From Dehalococcoidia bacterium (GTDB lineage Bacteria > Chloroflexota > Dehalococcoidia > Lucifugimonadales > GCA-2712585): a DNA stretch of 64,000 nucleotides. Below, one piece after another: positions 18,117 through 28,284 of the stretch. The stretch spans positions 1,508,832 through 1,572,831 of the forward strand of contig OY762063.1 of NCBI GenBank assembly GCA_963665075.1, in the 5' to 3' direction. A program made the position numbers and the translations under genes. The notes beneath the pieces were generated by a model, which worked only from the letters and a program-made list of their open reading frames with translations, did no database searches and was not told the DNA's origin. Within the stretch, counting starts at the first letter, position 1. Each line of letters begins with the position of its first letter.

Positions 18117-18979
18117 CGTTACTCAAACTCGCAACCTCCCGTCGAGCAATCAGGCCAAACCCGTTGTGGCTATCGGCGATGGCGTTCTTCGCGTTGGCCT
18201 GCGCTTCATGGATATACCTGCTCTTCGTCGCCGACGGCGGTTTCCGAGAGCTATTCCGTGGAGAAACGTGGCGGCAGGCGGGGGAGTTTCTTGGCCAACT
18301 TGCGGGCGCGGGCGTCGAAGGAACCCCCACATTCCTCCAGTGGGACGAGTGGTTGGAAGCGGGCGCGCTGGCCTACGACACCCTTGCCATGAGCGTAATC
18401 GCGATGGGAATAGCCGGCGTCGGCGCGCTCCTGACCTTCCTGCCCGCCGCCCGAAACGTGGCGACGGGGGAACTAGCCGCATCCGCCTCCTTCCCATCCC
18501 GCGCGCTCTACTACCTGCTGCGGGGGTTGTTCATCTTCAGCCGCGGCATCCCTGAACTCATCATCGCGATGATTGTCGTCTTCGCCTTCAGCCCCGGCAT
18601 CCTCGCCGGCGCCATCGCCCTCGGCATCCACAACTACGGCATCCTGGGCAAGCTCTCCGCAGAGGTGGTTGAAGACCTGGACCCCCGTTCCGCCCGCGCC
18701 CTCCGAACCTCCGGCTCCGGCGTCTTCCAGATGCTCGCCTACGGCATCCTCCCGCAAGCCCTCCCCCAGTTCCTCACCTTCCTCCTCTACCGATGGGAAG
18801 TAGTCATCCGCACCACCGTCGTCGTCGGACTGGTCAGCGCCGGCGGACTTGGGCGCGAATTTCTCCTGGACATGAGCCTCTTCCGCTACACCGACGTCGC
18901 CCTGCTGCTGATCTGGTATCTGATTCTCGTAGTCTTCGTAGACCTGACCACCATGTTCCTCCGCCGCCTCGCCCGCTAA
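18113..18979 (+). CDS. PhnE-like ABC permease
   Basis: RGIPELI, YRWEVVIRTTVVVGLVSAGGLG. Confidence 0.88.
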   Translation: MTLLKLATSRRAIRPNPLWLSAMAFFALACASWIYLLFVADGGFRELFRGETWRQAGEFLGQLAGAGVEGTPTFLQWDEWLEAGALAYDTLAMSVIAMGIAGVGALLTFLPAARNVATGELAASASFPSRALYYLLRGLFIFSRGIPELIIAMIVVFAFSPGILAGAIALGIHNYGILGKLSAEVVEDLDPRSARALRTSGSGVFQMLAYGILPQALPQFLTFLLYRWEVVIRTTVVVGLVSAGGLGREFLLDMSLFRYTDVALLLIWYLILVVFVDLTTMFLRRLAR

Positions 18980-20802
18980 CCATTCCCCGCCAACGCATCC
19001 ACCAGTGCCGGCAAATACTCCTCCCACGAGCCGAGAATGCAATAATCCGCCGCCTGAAAGATGGGATGACGCCGCGTGGTGTTGATGCCCACCACCGTAC
19101 CCGCCTTCTGTATGCCCACGACGTGATTGAAGTCGCCCCGTATGCCCACCGCAATATACAACCGAGGCGCGATAGCCCGCCCCGTCAGCCCCACCTGCAT
19201 CTGCTTCGGCAGCCAGCCCACGTCGGTGACGCTGCGGGTGGCCGCGATGGAAGCGCCCAGCCGCGCCGCCAACTCCCGAATCTGCGGCAAAGCTTCCGGC
19301 CCGCCGATGCCCATGCCCACGCCTATCACCACCTCCGCCCGCTCCAACTCCGGCCCACCCGCGTCCTCCTCAACCACGCTGGAAATCAGCCGCAGCGGGT
19401 CCGGCCCCTCCTGCTCGTCCTCCACGTAGTGGGGAGATTCCCCGTCGACATACTTCTCCTCAATCGGCGCGATGGGATTCAACAACCCTGGCCGCAGCGT
19501 CACCAGGTACGGCTTGGTCTTCGACAGTATCGGCGCGACCACGTTCCCGCCAAGGGCCGGCTTCAACTGCACCAGCCGCCCTTCCTCGTCCAACTCCAGA
19601 TCTATGCAATCGCCCGTCAGCCCCAGTGAAAGCCGCGCCGCGACCCGCGACGCCAGATCTCTCCCGTTGGCCGTGGACGAAAACAGCGCGGCGTATGGCA
19701 GGTAGTCTTCCAACGCCCGCGCGAACTTCGACGCCGTCAGCGGACTGGTCGGATGCCTTCCCTCCCGCCACGAAAGGTCCAGAACCAGGTCCGCGCCGTA
19801 CCGCGCCAGCGTCGAAATCTCCCCGTCGGAAAACTCCTCCACCTGCACCGCCACCACCTCGCAGCGCAGCTCCTCCGCCAATTCCCGCGCCTTGCCCAGG
19901 TTCTCCAACGTCGCGCGGCGAATCCCCCCCTCGGACCTCTCCGCCACCACCCACAGCGGCGGATTCCCCGTTCCCCTATGCCTCCACCACGCCAAATCCG
20001 CCCCAGTCTCATCAACCGCCGAGGGCCGATTCCGAATCCCCTCCGCCACCGTCCGCGCCGCCACCGTTGGGTTTGAATCTTCTATGACGACCCCCAACCG
20101 CCGCGATTCCACCAGCCGGATGTCCTCAACCCACGTGGGCGAACCCGCCGCGCCGAATTGGGACGAATCCGACGAAAGCCCCGACGCCGACACCTCCTCC
20201 ACCGGACGCTCCCGCGCCTCCATCAACACCCGCCGCCGGGCGTACCGCTCCTCGCTCAAGCCCTCCGTCGCCGTAATCAGGGCGGGCAGAGTCACCTCCA
20301 GAACTTCGTGTCCTTCTTCCGTTTCCCGCTCCACGACGACGCTGTTGGACTCAGCCTTGTACTCCATCTTGCGGGCGCGGCTTACGTGGGGGATGCCGAG
20401 AATCTCCGCCAGCTCCGGCCCCACCTGGCCCGTCTCGGCGTCGGTGCTGTTCCGACCGCACAGGATTAGGTCGAAGCCCCGGTCTTTCAGCGCCAACGCC
20501 AGCGTCCGGGAAGTCGCCAGCGTGTCCGAACCCGCCATGACGCGGTCGGAGATGATGACGCCGTGGTCCGCGCCGACGGCGAGGGCGTGAGCCAAGACTT
20601 CCTTCGCCTGCGGCGGCCCCATAGTCACCGCCGTCACCTCCCCGCCGACCTCATCCTTCAACTCAATCGCCCTACCCAGCGCGATGAGGTCAAAGACATT
20701 CATCTCCAACGGGACGCCCTCCCGCTGGATGGTCTTCTTCTCGTAGTCGAACTCGATTCTGGCGAGTACGGGCACCTGCTTGATGCAAACGGCTATCTTC
20801 AT
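18976..20802 (-). CDS. Fused electron transfer flavoprotein beta-alpha
   Basis: N-terminal MKIAVCIKQVP, GSDTLATS, DAETGQVGP; C-terminal QVGLTGRAIAPRLYIAVGIRG. Confidence 0.9.
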   Translation of the reverse strand: MKIAVCIKQVPVLARIEFDYEKKTIQREGVPLEMNVFDLIALGRAIELKDEVGGEVTAVTMGPPQAKEVLAHALAVGADHGVIISDRVMAGSDTLATSRTLALALKDRGFDLILCGRNSTDAETGQVGPELAEILGIPHVSRARKMEYKAESNSVVVERETEEGHEVLEVTLPALITATEGLSEERYARRRVLMEARERPVEEVSASGLSSDSSQFGAAGSPTWVEDIRLVESRRLGVVIEDSNPTVAARTVAEGIRNRPSAVDETGADLAWWRHRGTGNPPLWVVAERSEGGIRRATLENLGKARELAEELRCEVVAVQVEEFSDGEISTLARYGADLVLDLSWREGRHPTSPLTASKFARALEDYLPYAALFSSTANGRDLASRVAARLSLGLTGDCIDLELDEEGRLVQLKPALGGNVVAPILSKTKPYLVTLRPGLLNPIAPIEEKYVDGESPHYVEDEQEGPDPLRLISSVVEEDAGGPELERAEVVIGVGMGIGGPEALPQIRELAARLGASIAATRSVTDVGWLPKQMQVGLTGRAIAPRLYIAVGIRGDFNHVVGIQKAGTVVGINTTRRHPIFQAADYCILGSWEEYLPALVDALAGNG

Positions 20803-20856
20803 GGCGCGTCCTTCTGCTCCTGTCGGCGCGGCGGCCTTGGTTGCCGCTATTGTACC

Positions 20857-22077
20857 CTAACGAACGCGCTGGCTGAGCACCCCCGCCACCGGCGAAATCC
20901 GAAGCAGCAGGTCGTCCCCCTCCCGCGGACGCCCCCGACCATCCAGGTTGTTGGTCAGGAAATAGAGATGCCCGTCCGGCCCTAAAACCACGTCGCGAAT
21001 CCGTCCGTGCAGACGGACGAACAGGTAGTCCTGCCGCCCGACGTGTCGGAAGTCGGGCTCCTGGAAGTCCACCCAGACGATGCGCTGTCCCCTCAGCGCG
21101 GCGAACATCAGCCGTCCCCGCCAGTGGGCAGGCATCACGTCCCCGTCGTAAAACGCCGCCCCCGATGGCGCCCACGTCTCTATGCCGCTGTGCAGCACGG
21201 GCGGTATGAACCCCTCGCCGGTTTCGTCGCCGCCAACCTCCGGCCAGCCGTAATTCCCGCCCGGCACGATGAGATTCACCTCGTCCTGTCCCACCGGCCC
21301 GTGCTCCGTGGCGAACAAGTCGCCCGTTTCCGGGTGCCACGCCAACCCCTGCGGGTTGCGGTGTCCGTAGGAATAGACCGGCGAGCCGGGAAATGGGTTG
21401 TCCGCGGGAACCGTCCCGTCGGCGTTGAGCCGCAGAATCTTCCCCGCAAGCGACGTAAGGTCCTGGGCCAGAATTCTCGATGCGGCGTCTCCGATGGTCA
21501 CGTACAGCTTTCCGTCGGGGCCGAACTTGAGCCGCCCGCCGTTGTGGATCCGGTCGCCGGGAATGCCGTCCAGGATAACCGTCGGATTGACCGCCGTCTG
21601 GCCGGCGTCCTGCCAGCGCACCACCCGGTTCGCAAGCGCGCCGCTCGCTTCCTTATAGCTATAGTAGACGTAGAAATAGCCGTTGGCGTCGAAATTAGGA
21701 TCGACAGCCAGCCCAAGCAAGCCGCCCTCCCCTTCCGGTGCCACGTCTTCAATTATCAGATAGGGCGCATCCTGCAACTCGCCGTTGGCGAACACGCGGA
21801 TGTTTCCTTCCTTTTCGGTGATGAATATACGTCCGTCGGGGGCGAAGTCCAAGGCCCAGGGAGCTTTCAACTCTTCAGCCACCAGCTCCGCCAACGCCTC
21901 TATTCCTTCCCCCACGGCAGGCGTCGCGGGGGTGGTAGGAACGGTTGGCGTCGGTGCGGTGGGTTGAGGCGTCGTTTCCGGCGCGGCGGGTCTGGCGCAG
22001 CCGAGAACTACACCCAGCAAAACCACGGCTGCTATTACTGCCAGTATGCGCCGCATCCCGTTAACCCCTCCCGCCAA
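20857..22077 (-). CDS. PQQ-dependent sugar (glucose/sorbosone) dehydrogenase-like lipoprotein (start approximate)
   Basis: GEGGLLGLA, HNGGRLKFGPDG, YSYGHRNPQG, GGNYGWP. Confidence 0.9.
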   Translation of the reverse strand: MAGGVNGMRRILAVIAAVVLLGVVLGCARPAAPETTPQPTAPTPTVPTTPATPAVGEGIEALAELVAEELKAPWALDFAPDGRIFITEKEGNIRVFANGELQDAPYLIIEDVAPEGEGGLLGLAVDPNFDANGYFYVYYSYKEASGALANRVVRWQDAGQTAVNPTVILDGIPGDRIHNGGRLKFGPDGKLYVTIGDAASRILAQDLTSLAGKILRLNADGTVPADNPFPGSPVYSYGHRNPQGLAWHPETGDLFATEHGPVGQDEVNLIVPGGNYGWPEVGGDETGEGFIPPVLHSGIETWAPSGAAFYDGDVMPAHWRGRLMFAALRGQRIVWVDFQEPDFRHVGRQDYLFVRLHGRIRDVVLGPDGHLYFLTNNLDGRGRPREGDDLLLRISPVAGVLSQRVR

Positions 22078-22080
22078 CCG

Positions 22081-24486
22081 TCAAACCAGTTCCACCAGCG
22101 TCGCGCCGTCGGTGAGGCCGACGGACTCCGGGCGAACTGCCTTGACCACCTGATGTCCCTTCAGCCGCTCCCGCACCAGGGAACGCAGCGCGCCGGTGCC
22201 GCCGCCGTGCACGATTCGCACCGATGAGAGTCCCTTCATCAACGCCTGGTCCAGAAACGTCTCAATCTCCATCTCCGCCTCTTCCACCCTCATCCCCCGC
22301 AGGTCCAGTTCGGTTTTGGCAGGCCCAGTCGGTGCGCGGGAGATGGACACGCCTTCCGGCATTCGCACCGGTTGCGGCTTTTCGGCCTTGCGCTCGATCT
22401 GATGAGACGGGATGCTTGCTCGCACCGCCCCCAGCAGAATCTCCAGGCTGCCCCCGTTCCTGGAAGGCTCCAGCACCTCCGCCGGGTTGGGCAGCCCCCG
22501 CACGTAGACGAAGTCGCCCCGCTCCAGTTCGTCCACCCATCGCCTCGGATTGACCTTCGGTTTGACTTCCGACGGCGGCGGCGCGAGGGAGGAACGGATC
22601 TGGCTGCGAACCTGGGCAACGTCGACGCGTTCGTCCTTCAAGCCGCGCTTCCAGTCGGGACGATTCAAGGAACGCTCGGCGCGACGGAGTCGCTTCCACA
22701 AATCGTCCGCCCTGGCCTGAATCTCCTGCCGCGCCTCCTCCAGAATCACCGCCTTCTCGTTTTCCAGCGCGTTCAACCGCTTCTCCAACTCCCGCCGTTC
22801 GCCCCGCGCCTGCTTCGCCTCCTTCTGGGCCGTGCGGCGGTGCTTTTCGGCGAGGGAGCGTTCTTCTTCCAGCTTGCGAAGAAGCTCCTCAGCCCGCCGG
22901 TGATCCTCTGATAGAAGGGAGCGGGCGTGTTCCACCGTCGCATCGTCGATGCCCATGCGCTGCGCGATGGTGAGGGCGTAGCTCCTGCCCGGAAGCCCCG
23001 TAGCCAGCCGGTAGGTGGGCGTCAGCGTGGACGGGTCAAGCTCCACGCTGGCGTTGGTCATGTCCGGCTGGTCCTGGGCGAAGGCCGCCACGTCCCGATG
23101 GTGGGTGGTGACGATGCAGGACACGCCGCCGCGAGCGAAATAGCTGAGGGTGGCCTTGGCGAGGGCGGCGGCCTCCTCCGGGTCGGTGCTGGCCCCCAAT
23201 TCGTCCAGCAGCACCAGGGAACGCGACGTTGCGCCTTCCATTATTCCACGCAGGTTTTGAAGGTGGGAGCTGAAGGAGGATAGGGATTGCTCGATGCTTT
23301 GCTGGTCTCCGATGTCGGCGTAGACGGCGTCGAAGACCGTCATCCGGCATCGGCCCGCGGGCACGTGCAATCCCGCCTGCGCCATTGCCGTCAGCAGCCC
23401 CGCCGTCTTCAGCGCGACAGTCTTCCCGCCGGCGTTGGGGCCGGTGATGAGCAGAATTCGCCCGTCGGCGCCCAGGGTCAGGTTGATGGGCACCGCCGAT
23501 TCTCCCAGCAGGGGATGACGTGCGCCTTCCAGCTTCAGCTGAGACTCCTCCACATCGACGAAGGTCGGCGGCGCGCCGCCGTGGGCCAGGGAAAGCCGTC
23601 CCTTGGCGAGGGTGAAGTCTATCTGGGCCAGCAGGTCGAGGGAGGCAAGGACTTGCTCTCCCTGCAATCCCACCTGTGACGACAGCGAGCGCAGGATGCG
23701 TTCTTCCTCCCGACGGGCAGACAGCGACGCTTCGCGCCACCGGTTGCCCAACGGCACCGCGCCCAACGGCTCGATAAATGCCGTCGCGCCGCTATCCGAA
23801 ACGTCGTGCACGATGCCCGGCACCTGCTGTCGAAGCCCGCTTTTTACCAGCAGCACCAGCCGCCCGTTTCGTTCCGTTATCAACTGCTCCTGGAGCGCGT
23901 TGCCGCGCCGGAGGCGCCGCATCTCCCGCTCCATCGACACCGACAGGCGGGCGCGGGCCTGTTCCGCCTCCATGCGCCGCTGCCTCAGGGCGGACGTGGC
24001 GTTATCCATGACCAAGCCGTTGGCGTCGATGGCGGCGGCTATCCGATCTTCCAAATCTCTCAAGGATGGAATGGAACGGGCCCAGCCGGATATGCGGGGC
24101 AGGTCCCTCCGGTGAGCCAAGACCGACCGGGCGCGTCGACAGGCTCGAATCGTGTCGTGAATCTGCCGCAGATGTTCCGCGCGAAGCACGCCCGTAAGGA
24201 CGGCGCGCTGCACCAGCCCGCGAATGTCCTCCACTCCCGTCAGGTCCACGGCCCCCTGCTCGTCAAGGAAGCTCCGCGCTTCATGGGTTCCCTGCTGTCG
24301 TTGGCGTATCCGCTCAAGATTTGATGAGGGCGTCAACGCATCGGCGGACTCCTGCGCGGGCGCCAGCGTGGTGTAACGGGCAAGCTGCTGCCGGATGAGG
24401 TGAAACTCCAGCAGTTCCAGGGTCTCCCGGTCGGTCTCCCGCACTGCTGCGGGATGTGTATTAACGGTTGCTGTCTGAGTGGACAT
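22081..24486 (-). CDS. mutS2: MutS2 ATPase with C-terminal Smr domain
   Basis: LELLEF, ITGPNAGGKT, DIGDQQSIEQSLSSFSSH, LLDELG, LDLRGMRVEEA..IVHGGGTGALR. Confidence 0.93.
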   Translation of the reverse strand: MSTQTATVNTHPAAVRETDRETLELLEFHLIRQQLARYTTLAPAQESADALTPSSNLERIRQRQQGTHEARSFLDEQGAVDLTGVEDIRGLVQRAVLTGVLRAEHLRQIHDTIRACRRARSVLAHRRDLPRISGWARSIPSLRDLEDRIAAAIDANGLVMDNATSALRQRRMEAEQARARLSVSMEREMRRLRRGNALQEQLITERNGRLVLLVKSGLRQQVPGIVHDVSDSGATAFIEPLGAVPLGNRWREASLSARREEERILRSLSSQVGLQGEQVLASLDLLAQIDFTLAKGRLSLAHGGAPPTFVDVEESQLKLEGARHPLLGESAVPINLTLGADGRILLITGPNAGGKTVALKTAGLLTAMAQAGLHVPAGRCRMTVFDAVYADIGDQQSIEQSLSSFSSHLQNLRGIMEGATSRSLVLLDELGASTDPEEAAALAKATLSYFARGGVSCIVTTHHRDVAAFAQDQPDMTNASVELDPSTLTPTYRLATGLPGRSYALTIAQRMGIDDATVEHARSLLSEDHRRAEELLRKLEEERSLAEKHRRTAQKEAKQARGERRELEKRLNALENEKAVILEEARQEIQARADDLWKRLRRAERSLNRPDWKRGLKDERVDVAQVRSQIRSSLAPPPSEVKPKVNPRRWVDELERGDFVYVRGLPNPAEVLEPSRNGGSLEILLGAVRASIPSHQIERKAEKPQPVRMPEGVSISRAPTGPAKTELDLRGMRVEEAEMEIETFLDQALMKGLSSVRIVHGGGTGALRSLVRERLKGHQVVKAVRPESVGLTDGATLVELV

Positions 24487-24579
24487 GGCTGTGGTTGGAA
24501 TAGTGCTAGGTGTGATTCAGGGAACGTAGCCTGAAAATGTTATCAGCCGCAGCGTAGGCGTAGCAAATGGAAGCTAGAA

Positions 24580-25359
24580 TTACAAGCCGTCGAAGGGGAA
24601 ACCTTCCGGCAGACGGAAGACCGTCACGCGGCTTTTCCAGATTTCGTTTGGCATTCGCTCAAGCTCGCGCCGGCGGGGTTCGCGAACGGACAGGATACGG
24701 CCCGAAATTAGATGCTCCAAACGTTGAAGGAAGGCGCACTCCTTCACGAAGCCCGTTAGGGTGTGACGTTCCCCGCCAAGGAAGACGTGCTCCAACTCCC
24801 TTTCGTAGGGTTCCAACTTCTGTCGCGCTACCTCGCAGACCTTCACGTAAAGCTGATGAATCTGCTTCTCTCTTACGCGGGCGAAGCGACGCTGCGACGT
24901 TCCCCCCGCGCTGTGACGCCCCTTCACGTAGCGCGTCCCCGTCTTCGCGTCCAGTAGCCGCCGACCCCGGAAGACGCCCACGGAGTAGCTGCCCAGCCGT
25001 AGCAGCACTACGGCCATGACGGGTTCCCGTTGCAGCAAGGTTCGGAGTGAAGCTACGCGTATGCCGTTCCGCAGAGCCGTCGCCTCCACCGGAAAGGGAG
25101 GAGTGACGGCCAGCCTCAAAGTTTCGCTCCAAAATGCCACCGCCCCCGTCTCCGACTCCAAAATCCACGCCGGAACTATGTCCCGCATCTCCTCCACCCA
25201 TTGGGCTTGCCGCTCATCGGAAGGACGAAGGTCGTCCATAGAATCGCCCGGCGAAAGCAGCAACGTCGAAGCGTCCATTGGCGGCGCCTGATCCAGCACG
25301 GAAATCAGCGCCTCCAACCTTCGTTGAGACATCCACGAACTTCTAATGTTGTCTGTCAT
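24580..25359 (-). CDS. acVLRF1 (Vms1-like/eRF1-fold) peptidyl-tRNA hydrolase
   Basis: VVLLRLGSYSVGVF, YVKGRHSAGGTSQRRFARVRE, VFLGG. Confidence 0.8.
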   Translation of the reverse strand: MTDNIRSSWMSQRRLEALISVLDQAPPMDASTLLLSPGDSMDDLRPSDERQAQWVEEMRDIVPAWILESETGAVAFWSETLRLAVTPPFPVEATALRNGIRVASLRTLLQREPVMAVVLLRLGSYSVGVFRGRRLLDAKTGTRYVKGRHSAGGTSQRRFARVREKQIHQLYVKVCEVARQKLEPYERELEHVFLGGERHTLTGFVKECAFLQRLEHLISGRILSVREPRRRELERMPNEIWKSRVTVFRLPEGFPFDGL

Positions 25360-25524
25360 AACCCCTCGCCACCTTACGCACCCAAACCCACCCCCGTCAA
25401 CACATCTCATCCCTCATTCCCGCCCCTCTACTCGTCATTCCCGCGCAGGCGGGAATCCATCCCCGTTCCCGTAGGGGCGCCCGCCATTGTCCCATCAACC
25501 CTTCCCGGTTACACTCTACCAATC

Positions 25525-26379
25525 ATGCCAGCCACCGAATCCACCGCTCCCCTCAAAATGCCCGGCGTCGAGAAGTGGGTCGCCGCGGCTGACACCCGCG
25601 TGCGATACTACCAGGCCGGGTCGGGCCCTCCCGTCATTCTGCTGCACGGGTTGGGAGAAGCCGCCGTCATCTGGTACGCCAACGTGGAGTCGCTGGCCCG
25701 CGGCCACACAGTATACGCGCCCGATCTGCCCGGCCACGGGGCGTCGGACGAACCTCCGTGGGAATACTCCCTGGAGAACTCTGTATACTTCCTCGAAGCG
25801 TTCATGGACGCCTTGGGCTTGGAGCGCGCCTCCCTCGTCGGAAACTCAATGGGCGGCCTCGTGGCGTTGGCTCTGGCCCTGGAACGTCCCCAACGGGTGC
25901 GAAGACTTGTCCTTGAAGACGCGGCGGGCCTCGGACGTGAAATCGCCGGATTCCTGCGCTTCATGTCCATGCCCATACTCGGCGAACTCCTCGTCAGCAA
26001 CCGTCCCAACGCCACCCAATGGGTGCTGCGACAGGTGTTCCACAACAAAGCTCACGTGACGGAAAGGCTGGTCAGCCTGATTCATAAGGAACGGAGCCGC
26101 CCCGGCAACACCGCCGCCATGCTCAAGATGCTGCGAGTCGGCGTCTCGCCGTTAGGCGTAAGACCGGCGATAAACCTGACTACCAGGCTCAAGGAACTCC
26201 AGGTCCCAACCATCGTCTTCTGGGGTAGAGAGGATAGGGTATTCCCGTTGACTCACGGCAAGCGGGCGGCGCGACTCATTCCCGAAGGAAAACTGCGGGT
26301 GTTCGAGCAGTGTGGACACTGGCCCCATCTGGAGGTCAGCCAGGCCTTCAACCGCGCCTTGCTGGACTTTCTGGCTTAA
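25525..26379 (+). CDS. Alpha/beta fold hydrolase
   Basis: LLHG, DLPGHG, GNSMGG nucleophile elbow, WGRED, GHWPHLE. Confidence 0.9.
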   Translation: MPATESTAPLKMPGVEKWVAAADTRVRYYQAGSGPPVILLHGLGEAAVIWYANVESLARGHTVYAPDLPGHGASDEPPWEYSLENSVYFLEAFMDALGLERASLVGNSMGGLVALALALERPQRVRRLVLEDAAGLGREIAGFLRFMSMPILGELLVSNRPNATQWVLRQVFHNKAHVTERLVSLIHKERSRPGNTAAMLKMLRVGVSPLGVRPAINLTTRLKELQVPTIVFWGREDRVFPLTHGKRAARLIPEGKLRVFEQCGHWPHLEVSQAFNRALLDFLA

Positions 26380-26383
26380 GCCG

Positions 26384-27742
26384 CTACAGATCCGGCGGAA
26401 CCAGATTCATGTCCAACACCTCTTCGCACCACCTGGCCCCGGCCAGCAGCCGCGCCTCTTCGAAGGGCGACGCCGCCAGCTGCGTCCCCAAGGGCAGCCC
26501 CGTGGATTCGCTGATTCCCGACGGAATCGTTATCGTCGGCAACCCGCAGGAAGTCCACGGACTCTGAAACACCGGATCCCCCGTCGTGCTCAAGTCCCGC
26601 GGCGCGGGCGTCGGCGTCGTGGGCGTCAACAGCAGATCCCACCCCGACGCCAACTCCTCCATCTCCCGACGGAAGACCCTCCTAAACCGCTGGGCCTGTA
26701 TATAGCTGACGGCGGGGGTGAGGATGCCCACCTCTATCCGCTGACGCAAAATCTCGCTGTAGTCCTCCGCCCGCGTCCGAAAATTCTCCTCGTGGTAGGA
26801 GGCGGTCTCCGCGTTGTTGACTACCCATTGGACGGTGTGGGCGCTGGCAAAGCTCGGAGGTGGCATAACCTTCTCCACCACCGCGCCGGCGGCGGCAAAT
26901 CTCTGCGCCACGCCCTCCGTATGACTCCAAACCTCCGCCTCGGATCGCTCCTCGAAGAAGCCGCCGATGAGTCCTATGCGAGGCGGATTGTCCAGTTGAT
27001 TGAGTCCTTGGACGTAGTCGGTGGTGGGAACGTCGGCGCAGCCGGGGTCGCGCGGGTCGTAGCCCGCCAGATGTTGGAGCATGATGGCCGCGTCTTCCAC
27101 GCAGTTGACCATCGGGCCGATGGTGTCCAGAGACCACGCCAGGGGGATGACTCCAAATACGCTGATTCGCCCGAAGGTGGGCTTGAGACCGACGATGCCG
27201 TTGTATGCGGCGGGACGAAGTATGGATCCCCCCGTTTGCGAACCCATCGCCCCCGGAATCATCCGCGCCGCCACCGCCACCGCCGACCCGCTGCTGGAAC
27301 CGCCGGGCGTGTGCGCGGGCCGCCACGGATTCAGCGTCGGCGGCGGGTCGCCGGAAGCGAACTCCGTCGTGACCGTCTTCCCCAGAATCACCGCCCCCGC
27401 CTCCCGCAGCCGCGCCACCGACGCGGCGTCGTAGTCCGGTACGAAGTCCGCCAGAATCTTCGAGCAGGCGGTGGTCTTCAGACCGGCGGTATAGTAGATG
27501 TCCTTCATCCCCAGGGGTATGCCGTGCAGGGGAGAGCGCGGGCCGGACTCCAAAAGCTCCCGGTCGAGGGCCTGCGCCGCTTCCAACGCGCCTTCCGCGT
27601 CCACCGTTACCCATGACTTGAGGCGCGAATCCAACCTGTCGATGCGTTTCAACAGATCTTCGACCAGCCTTTGAGACGTGAGCCGCCCGGCGGCGATTTC
27701 GCTGGAAGCCTGGGAGATGGTGAGTTGGTGGGGTTCGGTCAA
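26384..27742 (-). CDS. Amidase signature family protein
   Basis: MKD, GKTVTTEFA, PGGSSSGSA, GSQTGGSILRPA. Confidence 0.9.
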   Translation of the reverse strand: MTEPHQLTISQASSEIAAGRLTSQRLVEDLLKRIDRLDSRLKSWVTVDAEGALEAAQALDRELLESGPRSPLHGIPLGMKDIYYTAGLKTTACSKILADFVPDYDAASVARLREAGAVILGKTVTTEFASGDPPPTLNPWRPAHTPGGSSSGSAVAVAARMIPGAMGSQTGGSILRPAAYNGIVGLKPTFGRISVFGVIPLAWSLDTIGPMVNCVEDAAIMLQHLAGYDPRDPGCADVPTTDYVQGLNQLDNPPRIGLIGGFFEERSEAEVWSHTEGVAQRFAAAGAVVEKVMPPPSFASAHTVQWVVNNAETASYHEENFRTRAEDYSEILRQRIEVGILTPAVSYIQAQRFRRVFRREMEELASGWDLLLTPTTPTPAPRDLSTTGDPVFQSPWTSCGLPTITIPSGISESTGLPLGTQLAASPFEEARLLAGARWCEEVLDMNLVPPDL

Positions 27743-27834
27743 GATGAATCCTCTATTGGTGGTCTTGGCGGTCTGATTTGGTCGATGGTTGGAAGTCTGC
27801 GGCAGCGCCCCTCACCGCATTGGGAAAGAAAACC

Positions 27835-28053
27835 CTAAGGGTGGTTTTGCCAGCCCATCGTCGGCGTTTCCCCCCTGGGCGGCATGACTGAGGAAAGGTC
27901 GAACAGCCTCTGGGCGTGCTCCTCCAGAATCTCCGAAAGGGCGGCGGCGCGCTCCTCTCCCCAGAGGTTGACGGCAGCCTGGGTCAACTCTTGGAGAAGG
28001 ACTTGTCGAGAAGCGGGGATGGAGGGGAAAGGGGGCGGCGTTGGCTGCGGCAT
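27835..28053 (-). CDS. Small hypothetical protein upstream of the amidase
   Basis: Helical 72-aa ORF (AVNLWGEERAAAL) co-oriented with the amidase. Confidence 0.5.
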   Translation of the reverse strand: MPQPTPPPFPSIPASRQVLLQELTQAAVNLWGEERAAALSEILEEHAQRLFDLSSVMPPRGETPTMGWQNHP

Positions 28054-28198
28054 TGGTAGCCTTTCGGGAAGGGTTGGCTAGATTAAAGGGGAGGGGAGGC
28101 CGGGTGTCAAGACCGGTGGGTTCCGATAGAGGTTTGATTGACAATGTTCGGAGGAGCGTATTACCATCGATATTCAGGTTCGGCCTTGCCTCAATGCT

Positions 28199-28273
28199 GC
28201 GGGCGTAACTCAGTGGCAGAGTGCTTGCTTCCCAAGCAAGACGTCGTGGGTTCGAATCCCATCGCCCGCTCCA
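28199..28273 (+). tRNA. tRNA-Gly(CCC)
   Basis: GCGGGCG acceptor, CTTGC-TTCCCAA-GCAAG anticodon arm, GGTTCGAATCCC, encoded CCA. Confidence 0.95.
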
Positions 28274-28284
28274 ATTCAACTGCT

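Noticed and set aside
15658-18979. Assignment as a phosphonate transporter phnDCE
   Set aside because: No C-P lyase or other phn genes nearby, and SBP motifs fit the putative selenate subfamily better; the substrate remains unproven
18976-20802. ETF beta-alpha fusion as a novelty
   Set aside because: Fused ETFs are already known
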